Of a stretch of DNA of 64,000 nucleotides, positions 24,780-38,074 are shown piece after piece (the stretch's first letter is position 1; every line of letters begins with the position of its first letter). Made by a program: the position numbers and the translations under genes. The stretch is from Nemertoderma westbladi (Eukaryota > Animalia > Xenacoelomorpha). Under the pieces are notes generated by a model that worked only from the letters and a program-made list of their open reading frames with translations, searched no databases and was not told the DNA's origin. The stretch lies in NCBI GenBank assembly GCA_032718475.1, contig JAUCBJ010004440.1, positions 55,527 through 119,526 on the forward strand, in the 5' to 3' direction.

Positions 24780-25037
24780 ATATTGTGGGTTTGTTCAGAA
24801 GTGGAAAAAATGGGAGCGCGTCACCGGGGGTTGAACCAGCGCTATACGCACGTTTCGGCCTAACAGGCCTCATCAGTAGCGCTAACCAGCTCAGCCACTA
24901 GCCCCTGACACTCGCAGTCCCACCTAATCCACTTCTATTTTCTATCTTCTATCCAATTCCATTTTTTCCACTTCTGAACAAACCCACAATATTACACCTT
25001 TAATTACAGTTGCAACAGCTCATCTCCAATTTATTTA
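24780..25037 (-). mobile_element. Penelope-like short insertion carrying tRNA A/B boxes and a hammerhead ribozyme
   Basis: 12-bp direct repeat attcatagttta at 24768-24779 and 25038-25049; 35-bp inverted duplication 24779-24813 versus 24959-24993. Confidence 0.75.
24838..24883 (-). ncRNA. Type I hammerhead ribozyme
   Basis: AGCGCUA-CUGAUGA-GGCCUGUUAGGCC-GAA-ACGUGCGU-A/UAGCGCU: complete core, 7-bp stem I, 4-5-bp stem II, short stem III and a GUA cleavage triplet. Confidence 0.85.
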
Positions 25038-25420
25038 ATTCATAGTTTACACAGTTTGTATATTAACAGTTTACAACTGTTAAAACGTGTCCATTTTATT
25101 TTATGTTTTTTAAAATATACTTGATATTCCGAATCGAATATGAAAGCCTTTTTCAATTTCCCCAAAAAAATGTTCAGATTTAATTCAAGAGCACGCAATT
25201 TCAGACGTGGATCGTTATAGTTCTGATGATTTTATCATCTAGAATATTAATTTCAAGCTTTTAATTAATTTAATTAATCTTATTAATTATTATTGATGGT
25301 TTATTATTTTTTATGATATTTTATTATTATATTATTTTATTATTATATTATATTATTTTATTATTATCATAAGAGTTTAAACGGACAATTGATGGGTGTT
25401 GTATAGAAAAAACTCAGTTT

Positions 25421-25467
25421 CTTGCTATATTTCGATCTCCTTACGGATGACCGTCTTCGGGCAGTAA
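25421..25467 (-). ncRNA. Degenerate Penelope-type minimal hammerhead motif
   Basis: UGC-CCGAAGA-C-GGUC(AUCCGUAAGGA)GAUC-GAA-AUAU-A-GCA; the core has a U-to-C change. Confidence 0.45.
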
Positions 25468-26640
25468 TTTAATAACCGGTACGTTGGCCTATCAGAAATT
25501 TATTTTATACTATTTATATAAATATATTTTATTATTATATTATAGTAGTTTATTATTATATTATATTATTTTGTTATAAGTGTGCTATAAGTATGCCTAC
25601 ATACTGTAGTTCCTTAAGTTAATACAGTAGTTGTATGTTGTCACTATTTATCTCACCTAGCCTACAGTACATTACCTTTACATTATTACAGTATATCAAG
25701 CATGTTGGTAAAGGGAACAGGTTTACATACCAAAATAATGGGGAACCAAAATATTAAACGGGAGTTAAGAATTACTGGGCAACCCATTAAATATAGGCCT
25801 ACAGTATACAATAGTAAAAGTACATGGGACTGGCTGACTGGTAACAAAGGGGGGAGAGCTACTAACTAATAACACTATGTTCGATTATTTGCCGAATTGT
25901 GATTGGCCAGTATTACAGTCTGTACGGTACTCTAATTGAGAATGCTTTGCACGCGTATCGCATGCGTCACGAATGGACCACGAATAATTTTAAGCGTGGC
26001 GCGGCTAAGCATTCGTATCGCATGTGCCATGAACGAATGAACCACGAATTATTTTTTGTGTGGAGTGGAAGCATTCGTATCGCATGTGCCACAAATGTTG
26101 AGCCACGAATATATTTACAAAGTGAAATCTCACATATGCGATATTAATACTATACGCATTCGTTAAATTATTCGGACTGATGAACCATTGACGAAGGCTT
26201 CACGAATCTTAAATAACATTGCACGCACCTTTTACGAAATGCGTTATGCATGGGGATTTTTTACTGGTAACCGGGGGGTGAAAATGCACGAGGGAATTTT
26301 CACCGGGGAGTGAATTTTTAGGGGGGTGGAAATTCTCTGCTACACACAGGTAAGCAGTAAGGTACGGTACACAGGGAGGTACAGTCCAGTAATAAATTGA
26401 TGTTGATTGAAGTTTTGTCCACCTCCAAGCAGCCAAGGCTCCAGGCAGATAAAATTCCGCCAGCCAGCGACTGATGAACTGGCTGGTCTGGGTCTGGATG
26501 GGTACAATAAATTTTTATGTATTTCATTCATACAGTCCAGCAATCATGAGCTGAGAATAATTTATTATAGGGCCCTACAGTCTGACAGTACTGCAGAAAA
26601 GTAAAGCACCCAATTTTCAGATTTTGTAGAATTTCAAACC

Positions 26641-27110
26641 GGTGTAACAGGAAAATATGCCCCCCCGGGAAATGTGCCCGGGGGGGCATATTTCCCTAGG
26701 AAAAAATGCCCCCCCTTAGGAAATTATGCCCCCCCTGAATTATACAATAAACAAAACTTATTACTACTAAAACTTACAAAAATTATACAAAACAATAAAC
26801 AGTCACTTTACCAAATGAAGGAAAGGAGCAGGTTACAGAGGCAGGCCTTTCTAACCAAAACAATAAACGATCATTTAACTAATTGAGGGAAAGGAGCAGG
26901 TTACAGAGGCGGGATTTTCTAACCAAAACAATAAACAGTCACTTTAGCAAATCAGGGAAAGGAGCAGGTTACAGAGACGGGATTTTCTAACCAAAACAAT
27001 AAACGATAACATTACCAATTGAGAGAAAGGAGCAGGTTACAGAGGCGGGATTTTCTAACCAAAACAATAAACAATCACTTTACCAAATCAGGGAAAGGAG
27101 CAGGTTACAG
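26641..27110 (+). repeat. Transposon-like end followed by a 68-bp tandem repeat (about 4.7 copies)
   Basis: gaaaggagcaggttacag recurs at 26821, 26889, 26957, 27025 and 27093. The same motif is dispersed near 5710 and 41922. Confidence 0.8.
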
Positions 27111-27228
27111 ACTTAAAAAAAGCTTGGAGCTGCTCGGCGCCCATACAACACCACCAGCACAATTACTGTAGGAATAAACTTGGGGATATGAATGTTGCGA
27201 ATAATAGCATAAACTCTGAATAATAAAT

Positions 27229-27800
27229 ATTACGCTACGCGTACAAACTACTCAAACAAAATGCAGACCAAATACTGACCGACTACTATCAAGCCTAAAT
27301 AAACTACAGTATATGCAGACTCCGAAATGATTAGTTAGTATGCGTTCTAACCTAGTAGTACGACTTATTCTTTCACAGGGGGTTTACCTCACAGCACTTG
27401 AAGCCCCTACTTTCCTAACTAGCACTTTATCGGACAGATGCTCTACACACACCAAAATTTCCTCAGACCCAACAAAAGCCAGACAACTATCCAGCCTACA
27501 AATTATCTAAATAAGAATTATACGCTACCTGTACAGACTACACAAACAAAGTACAGACCAAACGATGGCAGACTACTATCAAGCCTAAATAAACTACAGT
27601 ATATGCAGACTCCGAAATGATTAGTTAGTATGCGTTCTAGCCTAGTAGTACGACTTATTCTTTCACAGGGGGTTTACCTCACCGCATTTGAAGCCCCTAC
27701 TTTCCTAACTAGCACTTTATCGGACAGATGCTCTACACACACTGCAATCCGTTCAGACTTAACAACAGTTAGACAACAGTCCAGCCTACAAATTATCTGT
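27229..27800 (+). repeat. 290-bp tandem duplication
   Basis: gactactatcaagcctaaat...gatgctctacacac at 27281 and 27571. Confidence 0.85.
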
Positions 27801-29204
27801 ACAATCTGAGCAGGCTTACACGCCTTCTGCTCAATATTGGCCTACAAATAAATAAAACTGACAGAAATAGGCCTAAGTAAAATCCCAATAAAAACCAGGC
27901 GTCCCCGATTAATTATTAAGACCTACTGAATAATCAAAATCGAATAATACTGCTGTAACTGTACTGCTGTAGGTACCGGTCCGGGTGATCAAGCAGTCAG
28001 GCCTACAGATTACCGGTCGACCGGTACTTTCGACTAGATTGCTTACACCGCAATCTAGAAGCTATATCTGTTATTGTTTGCGCTTTTAAGACCTTTGACA
28101 GTTTAACCTGCCAAATTAGGATGTCTTTTAGATGATAGATAGTCTTTAGCCTATGACGAGTATTTGATACACTACATTAGCCGAAGCCAGTCTATGCGCA
28201 ATCATTCACCCGCTGGATATACCCGGGAGACTGAATTCGGAAGCTTAATGATTGATGGTGTAAGCCTACTGTATTATTCGACTGATCGCAATATATAATC
28301 TCTGACAAATATTATTCACTTTCGGGAAATATTAACAGTTCCTTTAGGACGTGGCGCTCTAAATATGTAAACAGAGTTATGACTTAAACCAGACGCAATG
28401 AGATGGCTATAGATTCACGTATATGGCGCATTCTTTAGGAGATGCTTTGTTATCAGTCACAATCATACACAATGCTGCACAATGCTACACACCAATCTGC
28501 CGACCTTCACTAATTTTAGTCACATACAAAGAGAATAACAGACAATACATGTAGGGCCTATAAAATAGCATTAGATTCACTTCACACCACTTAACATAAG
28601 TCGCAATCGTTTATATGTAACCGGTCTCTCTAACCTTTAGTATATCAAGAAGATTGGGGTGTCTGACAATTGATTAGTATTCCAAATATAATCTTCCATC
28701 AACAAATATAATGAATAACCGACAGCAAAAGCAGTAATGTTAAGTAAGATATGCATGATATGTTTAGATAACAGATATACGTTCTATAATTAAGCCTACT
28801 AATGTTAAGCTAAAGACTGAAACACGGAGGTGCCAAAAGCCGGTGTTCTTAGGCTCTGGGCAAAAACATATACTGAACTACTGAGTTTCTGTATCCAACC
28901 TCCAACACAGAGTCAAAAAACGCTCTGATTGGTCGACCGAACAAAGAGAGAACAAAGAACAAAGAAATGTTCGATGTGGCAATATCAGCTGTTAGCCGTC
29001 GTCATGGTAGCCACACTGTTTTCAAGAGTATTTCGGCTTTTGTGTCATAGAATTGCGGATTATGTCCGCTAAAGTACACATACAGAAGAAATTACTTTTA
29101 TGTCCTCTAAAACACCAGTACAGTAAGGACACGGCCCTTTTATGCCTGGTAAACCAACTACAGAGTACTTTACGGGGAAAATAACCGGCTAATTACGCAA
29201 AAGC

Positions 29205-31260
29205 CTTTACAGATTCCGCAAATCACATCACGACCACAGACGCTATTCTGACAATTACTGAGCAACTACAGGAAACACTTGACAAAAGCAGCTCTGCCTG
29301 TCTGATATCGGTAGATCTTAAGAAGGCTTTCGATACGATATCGCACGACATACTATTAAAAAAACTGTTACGGTATACGATGTCGTCCGGTACAATTACT
29401 GGGTAGTTTCCTACATAACAGATCGCACTATGTCTCTATCGATGGTATTACATCAGAACTCACAGTGGCCCCTTGTGGAACTCCACAGAGGGCTATACTC
29501 AGCCCAATTTCACACCACTCTCTTTGCAGACGACACCACTTTACTCTTCAACCACAGTAACGCAAATTAACTTTGAACTTGAAAAACTGGATACTTGGCT
29601 TATTGATAATAATTATCCTTAAATTAAAAAAAAACAGAATATATAATCCTTAACAACTCAAGGCACACGATAACCCAGCCAATTAAAATACCTTCCACCA
29701 CATTAACTGAAACTTCTGCCTCTAAATTCTTTGGAATATACACCATGACCCGTAATATAGTGTCATTTTCTGATGACACGGACCCCCCCCCCCCCCCCAA
29801 ATTTTTTCTACAAATCATTATCATATTGCTTGAAATTTGAAACACAACTAGTTCAACTCACCATGGTTGTTACCATGAAGCCGGAATTTTCGCTTTTGCC
29901 TTTAAATTTTTTCTATAAGTGTTTTAGAAAAGTGTCTTTTGCGAAATCGCACCCTCTGTATCATTGCCATTCTTCACTTTAGTCGTAATTTTTTCATATC
30001 AATAGAAAGCTTGCGTTGAAAGGATTCCAAATATGTAACAATGTCTGAATTACGTTGAGAAACAGCTGAGATATAGGCGTTCAAAGATTGCAAGAATTAT
30101 TGTTCACTGCATGCCATTTATTGTATTTAATAAATACACAATATTCTGTCTGGAACAATTTGTTTATGTATGATTAGCTTATGCAATATAGATATTGTAT
30201 AGGCATTCCGCTGTTGCCTACCAACTCATAAAATAAATAACACGTTCTAGAATTTTGTGTATTTATTAAATATAATAAATTGCTTGCAGCGAACATTAAT
30301 TTTTGCAATCTTTGAATGCCTATATCTCAGTTGTTTCTCAACGAAATTCAGACATTGTTACAGATTTGGAATCCTTTCAACGCAAGCTTTCTATTGATAT
30401 GAAAAAATTACGACTAAAGTGAAGAATGGCAATGATACAGAGGGTGCGATTTCGCAAAAGACACTTTTTTAAAACGCTTATAGAAAAAATTTAAAAAAGG
30501 TGAAATCGAAAATTCCGGCTTCATGGTAACAACCACGGTGAGTTGAACTAATTGTGTTTCAAATTTCAAGCAATATGATAATGATTTGTAGAAAAATTTG
30601 GGGGGGGGGGGGGTCCGTGTCATCAGAAAATGACACTATATTACGGGTCATGGTGTATATAGACAACAAAATTAACTGGAAAATCCATTGTGAATACATT
30701 TTAGCAAAAATATTTTTTAGTATAAAGTGCAAAAGTATTTTTTCAAATTACGTCATATTTTACCATTAAATATACTTAGAACTCTATATTTTGCGCTAGT
30801 TCACCCTCACATACTTTATGGCATTACTTTATGGGGCAACAGTTATAACACAAACATAAACAAAATAAAAATTAAAGTAATAATAATATAATTCGAGCCA
30901 TTACCTTCAGTCACTACCAAGCTCATGCAGCACCAATATATAAATCCCTCAATTTCTTCCTTTAGATAAATTGTTTGAACTCGAAGTAAATAAATTTATG
31001 TTCGACATACACAAGTTTAATTAAACAAAAGCTCTACAGTGCATATCTCGCCCCACTAGCTCTATCCATCATCACGTAACCAGATCTGCATCAGCTCAGA
31101 ATTTATTCCTCGCGTTAGACTAGAACTTTCCCAAAAATCTTTGAAGTTTTCAGGCCCCAAAATCTGGAATGAACTGCCCCCAGTTTTAAAAAATTCTAAA
31201 TCCAAAAAATCGTTATCAACCAATCTAAAATTAATATATCTTGATTCGTTATAATCAATT
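29205..31260 (+). mobile_element. Decayed CR1-group LINE RT, split by a foldback MITE
   Basis: VDLKKAFDTISHDILLKKL, LFADDTT, KFFGIY|IDNKINWK across the insertion, LYFALVHPHILYGITLWG, GPKIWNELP. Confidence 0.8.
29741..30655. mobile_element. Foldback MITE (about 400-bp TIRs) at a TA target, Tc1/mariner-like
   Basis: caccatgacccg...cgggtcatggtg flanked by TA. Removing the element plus one TA restores GIYID in the LINE. Confidence 0.88.
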
Positions 31261-31819
31261 TACATATATAACAATTAAACATGCATAAAATCACAAATAT
31301 AGTATAATTTTTAACATTTTTATTTTTGAGACAGGTCCCAGCTAAGGTAAATCCTCGCTGACGTAAGCATTTTTTCTTATAAACCGATGTTTCGGAATGG
31401 GTTGTGCTATCGAGTCCCCCCCCCCCCCCCCCCCCCCTTCCTCTCCCAATCCACCCCAAGTTTCACAAATACATAGATGACTTTTGCGCACGGTGGCAAG
31501 CTACACTAGCTTTGCTACAGCTAATAGCCACCGGGTGCCATTAATCCCAGTAAACATAAATATTTTTTTTTCTCGTACAGTACTACAGTGTAGTTGTAGT
31601 TGTACTGGTACTGTAGTTATTGGTGTTGGGGTGCAAATATATTCTATCAGTATCTGCTATGTGTCCCAAATTTCCTGTCAATCACTCCACACTAAATTCC
31701 AACTCAACTCCCAATTTCCTCTCCTCTAATTTACTATACAGGGTGAAAAAAAGCACGTAGCTTCTAGAGGAACTCCATTAATAAGCGAATAAGCCATCAT
31801 TAGACTGGGCCAAAAACAA

Positions 31820-34800
31820 TAACCTTATTTTATCAGTAGTTTAACCATTATTTCCTAACCTTATTTTATCAGTAGTTTAACCATTATTTCCTAACCTTAT
31901 TTTATCAGTAGTTTGACCATTATTTCCTAACCTTATTTTATCAGTAGTTTGACCATTATATCCTAACCTTATTTTATCAGTAGTTTGACGATTATTTCCT
32001 AACCTTATTTTATCAGTAGTCTAACCATTATTTCCTAACCTTATTTTATCAGTAGTTTAACCATTATTTCCTATCCTTATTTTATCAGTAGTTTGACCAT
32101 TATTTCCTAACCTTATTTTATCAGTAGTTTAACCATTATTTCCTAACCTTATTTTATCAGTAGTTTGACCATTATTTCCTAACCTTATTTCATTAATAGT
32201 TTAACCATTATTTCCTAACCTTATTTTATCAGTAGTTTGACCATTATTTCCTAACCTTATTTTATCAGTAGTTTGACCATTATTTCCTAACATTATTTTA
32301 TCAGTAGTTTGACCATTATTTCCTAACCTTATTTTATCAGTAGTTTAACCATTATTTCCTAACCTTATTTTATCAGTAGTTTGACCATTATTTCCTAACC
32401 TTATTTCATTAATAGTTTAACCATTATTTCCTAACCTAATTTTATCAGTAGTTTGACCATTATTTCCTAACCTTATTTTATCAGTAGTTTAACCATTATT
32501 TCCTAACCTTATTTTATCAGTAGTTTGACCATTATTTCCTAACCTTATTTCATTAATAGTTTAACCATTATTTCCTAACCTTATTTTATCAGTAGTTTGA
32601 CCATTATTTCCTAACCTTATTTTATCAGTAGTTTAACCATTATTTCCTAACCATATTTTATCAGTAGTTTGACCATTATTTCCTAACCTTATTTCATTAA
32701 TAGTTTAACCATTATTTCCTAACCTTATTTTATCAGTAGTTTAACCATTATTTCCTAACCTTATTTTATCAGTAGTTTAACCATTATTTCCTAACCTTAT
32801 TTTATGAGTAGTTTGACCATTATTTCCTAACCTTATTTTATCAGTAGTTTAACCATTATTTCCTAACCTTATTTTATCAGTAGTTTAACCATTATTTCCT
32901 AACCTTATTTTATCAGTAGTTTGACCATTATTTCCTAACCTTACTTCATTAATAGTTTAACCATTATTTCCTAACCGTATTTCATCAATAGTTTAACCAT
33001 TATTTCCTAACCTTATTTCATCAATAGTTTAACCATTATTTCCTATCCATATTTTATCAGTAGTTTGACCATTATTTCCTAACCTTATTTTATCAGTAGT
33101 TTAACCATTATTTCCTAACCTTATTTTATCAGTAGTTTGACCATTATTTTCTAACCTTATTTCATTAATAGTTTAACCATTATTTCCTAACCTTATTTTA
33201 TCAGTAGTTTAACCATTATTTCCTAACCTTATTTTATCAGTAGTTTAACCATTATTTCCTAACCTTATTTTATCAGTAGTTTGACCATTATTTCCTAACC
33301 TTATTTTATCAGTAGTTTAACCATTATTTCCTAACCTTATTTTATCAGTAGTTTGACCATTATTTCCTAACCTTATTTTATCAGTAGTTTGACCATTATT
33401 TCCTAACCTTATTTCATCAATAGTTTAACCATTATTTCCTAACCTTATTTCATTAATAGTTTAACCATTATTTCCTAACCTTATTTTATCAGTAGTTTAA
33501 CCATTATTTCCTAACCTTATTTTATCAGTAGTTTGACCATTATTTCCTAACCTTATTTTATCAGTAGTTTGACCATTATTTCCTAACCTTATTTCATCAA
33601 TAGTTTAACCATTATTTCCTAACCTTATTTCATTAATAGTTTAACCATTATTTCCTAACCTTATTTTATCAGTAGTTTAACCATTATTTCCTAACCTTAT
33701 TTTATCAGTAGTTTGACCATTATTTCCTAACCTTATTTTATCAGTAGTTTGACCATTATTTCCTAACCTTATTTCATCAATAGTTTAACCATTATTTCCT
33801 AACCTTATTTCATTAATAGTTTAACCATTATTTCCTAACCTTATTTTATCAGTAGTTTAACCATTATTTCCTAACCTTATTTTATCAGTAGTTTGACCAT
33901 TATTTCCTAACCTTATTTTATCAGTAGTTTAACCATTATTTCCTAACCTTATTTTATCAGTAGTTTGACCATTATTTCCTAACCTTATTTTATCAGTAGT
34001 TTGACCATTATTTCCTAACCTTATTTTATCAGTAGTTTAACCATTATTTCCTAACCTTATTTTATCAGTAGTTTGACCATTATTTCCTAACCTTATTTCA
34101 TTAATAGTTTAACCATTATTTCCTAACCTTATTTTATCAGTAGTTTGACCATTATTTCCTAACCTTATTTTATCAGTAGTTTAACCATTATTTCCTAACC
34201 TTATTTTATCAGTAGTTTAACCATTATTTCCTAACCTTATTTTATCAAAAGTTTAACCATTATTTCCTAACCTTATTTTATCAGTAGTTTAACCATTATT
34301 TCCTATCCTTATTTTATCAAAAGTTTAACCATTATTTCCTATCCTTATTTTATCAAAAGTTTAACCATTATTTCCTAACCTTATTTTATCAGTAGTTTGA
34401 CCATTATTTCCTAACCTTATTTCATTAATAGTTTAACCATTATTTCCTAACCTTATTTTATCAGTAGTTTGACCATTATTTCCTAACCTTATTTCATTAA
34501 TAGTTGAACCATTATTTCCTAACCTTATTTTATCAGTAGTTTAACCATTATTTCCTAACCTTATTTTATTAGTAGTTTGACCATTATTTCCTAACCTTAT
34601 TTTATCAGTAGTTTGACCATTATTTCCTAACCTTATTTCATTAATAGTTTAACCATTATTTCCTAACCTTATTTTATCAGTAGTTTGACCATTATTTCCT
34701 AACCTTATTTCATTAATAGTTGAACCATTATTTCCTAACCTTATTTTATCAGTAGTTTAACCATTATTTCCTAACCTTATTTTATCAGTAGTTTAACCAT

Positions 34801-37800
34801 TATTTCCTAACCTTATTTTATCAGTAGTTTGACCATTATTTCCTAACCTTATTTTATCAGTAGTTTGACCATTATTTCCTAACCTTATTTCATTAATAGT
34901 TTAACCATTATTTCCTAACCTTATTTTATCAGTAGTTTAACCATTATTTCCTAACCTTATTTTATCAGTAGTTTAACCATTATTTCCTATCCATATTTTA
35001 TCAAAAGTTTAACAATTATTTCCTAATCTTATTTTATCAGTAGTTTAACCATTATTTCCTATCCATATTTTATCAAAAGTTTGACCATTATTTCCTAACC
35101 TTATTTCATCAATAGTTTAACCATTATTTCCTAACCTTATTTTATCAGTAGTTTAACCATTATTTCCTAACCTTATTTTATCAGTAGTTTGACCATTATT
35201 TCCTAACCTTATTTTATAAGTAGTTTGACCATTATTTCCTATCCATATTTTATCAAAAGTTTAACCATTATTTCCTATCCATATTTTATCAAAAGTTTGA
35301 CCATTATTTCCTAACCTTATTTCATCAATAGTTTAACCATTATTTCCTAACCTTATTTTATAAGTAGTTTGACCATTATTTCCTATCCATATTTTATCAA
35401 AAGTTTAACCATTATTTCCTAATCTTATTTTATCAGTAGTTTAACCATTATTTCCTATCCATATTTTATCAAAAGTTTGACCATTATTTCCTAACCTTAT
35501 TTCATCAATAGTTTAACCATTATTTCCTAACCTTATTTTATCAGTAGTTTAACCATTATTTCCTAACCTTATTTTATCAGTAGTTTAACCATTATTTACT
35601 AACCTTATTTTATCAGTATTTTAACCATTATTTCCTAACCTTATTTCATCAATAGTTTAACCATTATTTCCTAACCTTATTTTATCAGTAGTTTAACCAT
35701 TATTTACTAACCTTATTTTATCAGTATTTTAACCATTATTTCCTAACCTTATTTCATCAATAGTTTAACCATTATTTCCTAACCTTATTTTACAAGTAGT
35801 TTGACCATTATTTCCTAACCTTATTTTATCAGTAGTTTAACCATTATTTCCTAACCTTATTTTATCAGTAGTTTGACCATTATTTCCTAACCTTATTTCA
35901 TTAATAGTTTAACCATTATTTCCTAACCTTATTTTATCAGTAGTTTGACCATTATTTCCTAACCTTATTTTATCAGTAGTTTAACCATTATTTCCTAACC
36001 ATATTTTATCAGTAGTTTGACCATTATTTCCTAACCTTATTTCATTAATAGTTTAACCATTATTTCCTAACCTTATTTTATCAGTAGTTTAACCATTATT
36101 TCCTAACCTTATTTTATCAGTAGTTTAACCATTATTTCCTAACCTTATTTTATCAGTAGTTTGACCATTATTTCCTAACCTTATTTCATTAATAGTTGAA
36201 CCATTATTTCCTAACCTTATTTTATCAGTAGTTTAACCATTATTTCCTAACCTTATTTTATCAGTAGTTTAACCATTATTTCCTAACCTTATTTTATCAG
36301 TAGTTTGACCATTATTTCCTAACCTTATTTTATCAGTAGTTTGACCATTATTTCCTAACCTTATTTCATTAATAGTTTAACCATTATTTCCTAACCTTAT
36401 TTTATCAGTAGTTTAACCATTATTTCCTAACCTTATTTTATCAGTAGTTTAACCATTATTTCCTATCCATATTTTATCAAAAGTTTAACAATTATTTCCT
36501 AATCTTATTTTATCAGTAGTTTAACCATTATTTCCTATCCATATTTTATCAAAAGTTTGACCATTATTTCCTAACCTTATTTCATCAATAGTTTAACCAT
36601 TATTTCCTAACCTTATTTTATCAGTAGTTTAACCATTATTTCCTAACCTTATTTTATCAGTAGTTTGACCATTATTTCCTAACCTTATTTTATAAGTAGT
36701 TTGACCATTATTTCCTATCCATATTTTATCAAAAGTTTAACCATTATTTCCTAACCATATTTTATCAAAAGTTTGACCATTATTTCCTAACCTTATTTCA
36801 TCAATAGTTTAACCATTATTTCCTAACCTTATTTTATAAGTAGTTTGACCATTATTTCCTATCCATATTTTATCAAAAGTTTAACCATTATTTCCTAATC
36901 TTATTTTATCAGTAGTTTAACCATTATTTCCTATCCATATTTTATCAAAAGTTTGACCATTATTTCCTAACCTTATTTCATCAATAGTTTAACCATTATT
37001 TCCTAACCTTATTTTATCAGTAGTTTAACCATTATTTCCTAACCTTATTTTATCAGTAGTTTAAACATTATTTACTAACCTTATTTTATCAGTATTTTAA
37101 CCATTATTTCCTAACCTTATTTCATCAATAGTTTAACCATTATTTCCTAACCTTATTTTATCAGTAGTTTAACCATTATTTACTAACCTTATTTTATCAG
37201 TATTTTAACCATTATTTCCTAACCTTATTTCATCAATAGTTTAACCATTATTTCCTAACCTTATTTTACAAGTAGTTTGACCATTATTTCCTAACCTTAT
37301 TTTATCAGTAGTTTGACCATTATTTCCTATCCATATTTTATCAAAAGTTTAACCATTATTTCTTAACCTTATTTCATTAATAGTTTAACCATTATTTCCT
37401 AACCTTATTTTATCAGTATTTTAACCATTATTTCCTAACCTTATTTCATCAAAAGTTTAACCATTATTTCCTAACCTTATTTTATCAGTAGTTTGACCAT
37501 TATTCCCTAACCTTATTTTATCAGTAGTTTGACCATTATTTCCTATCCATATTTTATCAAAAGTTTAACCATTATTTCTTAACCTTATTTCATTAATAGT
37601 TTAACCATTATTTCCTAACCTTATTTTATCAGTAGTTTGACCATTATTCCCTAACCTTATTTTATCAGTAGTTTAACCATAATTTCCTAACCATATTTTA
37701 TCAAAAGTTTAACCATTATTTCCTAACCTTATTTCATCAATAGTTTAACCATTATTTCCTAACCTTATTTTACAAGTAGTTTAACCATTATTTCCTAACC

Positions 37801-38074
37801 TTATTTTATCAGTAGTTTAACCATTATTTCCTATCCATATTTTAGCAAAAGTTTAACCATTACTTCTTAACCTTATTTCATTAATAGTTTAACCATTATT
37901 TCCTAACCTTATTTTATCAGTATTTTAACCATTATTTCCTAACCTTATTTCATCAATAGTTTGACCATTATTTCCTAACCTTATTTTATCAGTAGTTTAA
38001 CCATTATTTCCTATCCATATTTTATCAAAAGTTTAACCATTATTTCCTAACCTTATTTTATCAGTATTTTAACC
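31820..38074. repeat. 36-bp tandem satellite, about 174 copies
   Basis: Unit ccattatttcctaaccttattttatcagtagtttaa with recurrent variants and no spacers. Confidence 0.98.

Larger units (their letters stand above)
24433..26268. mobile_element. CACTA/EnSpm-like non-autonomous element
   Basis: Ends cccagtaaaaaatcc / ggattttttactggt, 2-bp TSD aa, dense inverted subterminal repeats (tacgaatg on the left, cattcgta on the right). Confidence 0.7.
23786..26345. mobile_element. Non-autonomous DNA transposon with imperfect TIRs (outer element of a nest)
   Basis: Left gcaacagagcattttcacccccc versus right ggggggtggaaattctctgctacac; repeated ccctagtgtatt motifs; interrupted at 24433. Confidence 0.55.

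Noticed and set aside
26171-26490. CTGATGA words at about 26177 and 26471 as hammerhead cores
   Set aside because: No stem II followed by GAAA.
29624-30769. Paired near-identical short ORFs on opposite strands
   Set aside because: Artefact of the foldback element's inverted arms.
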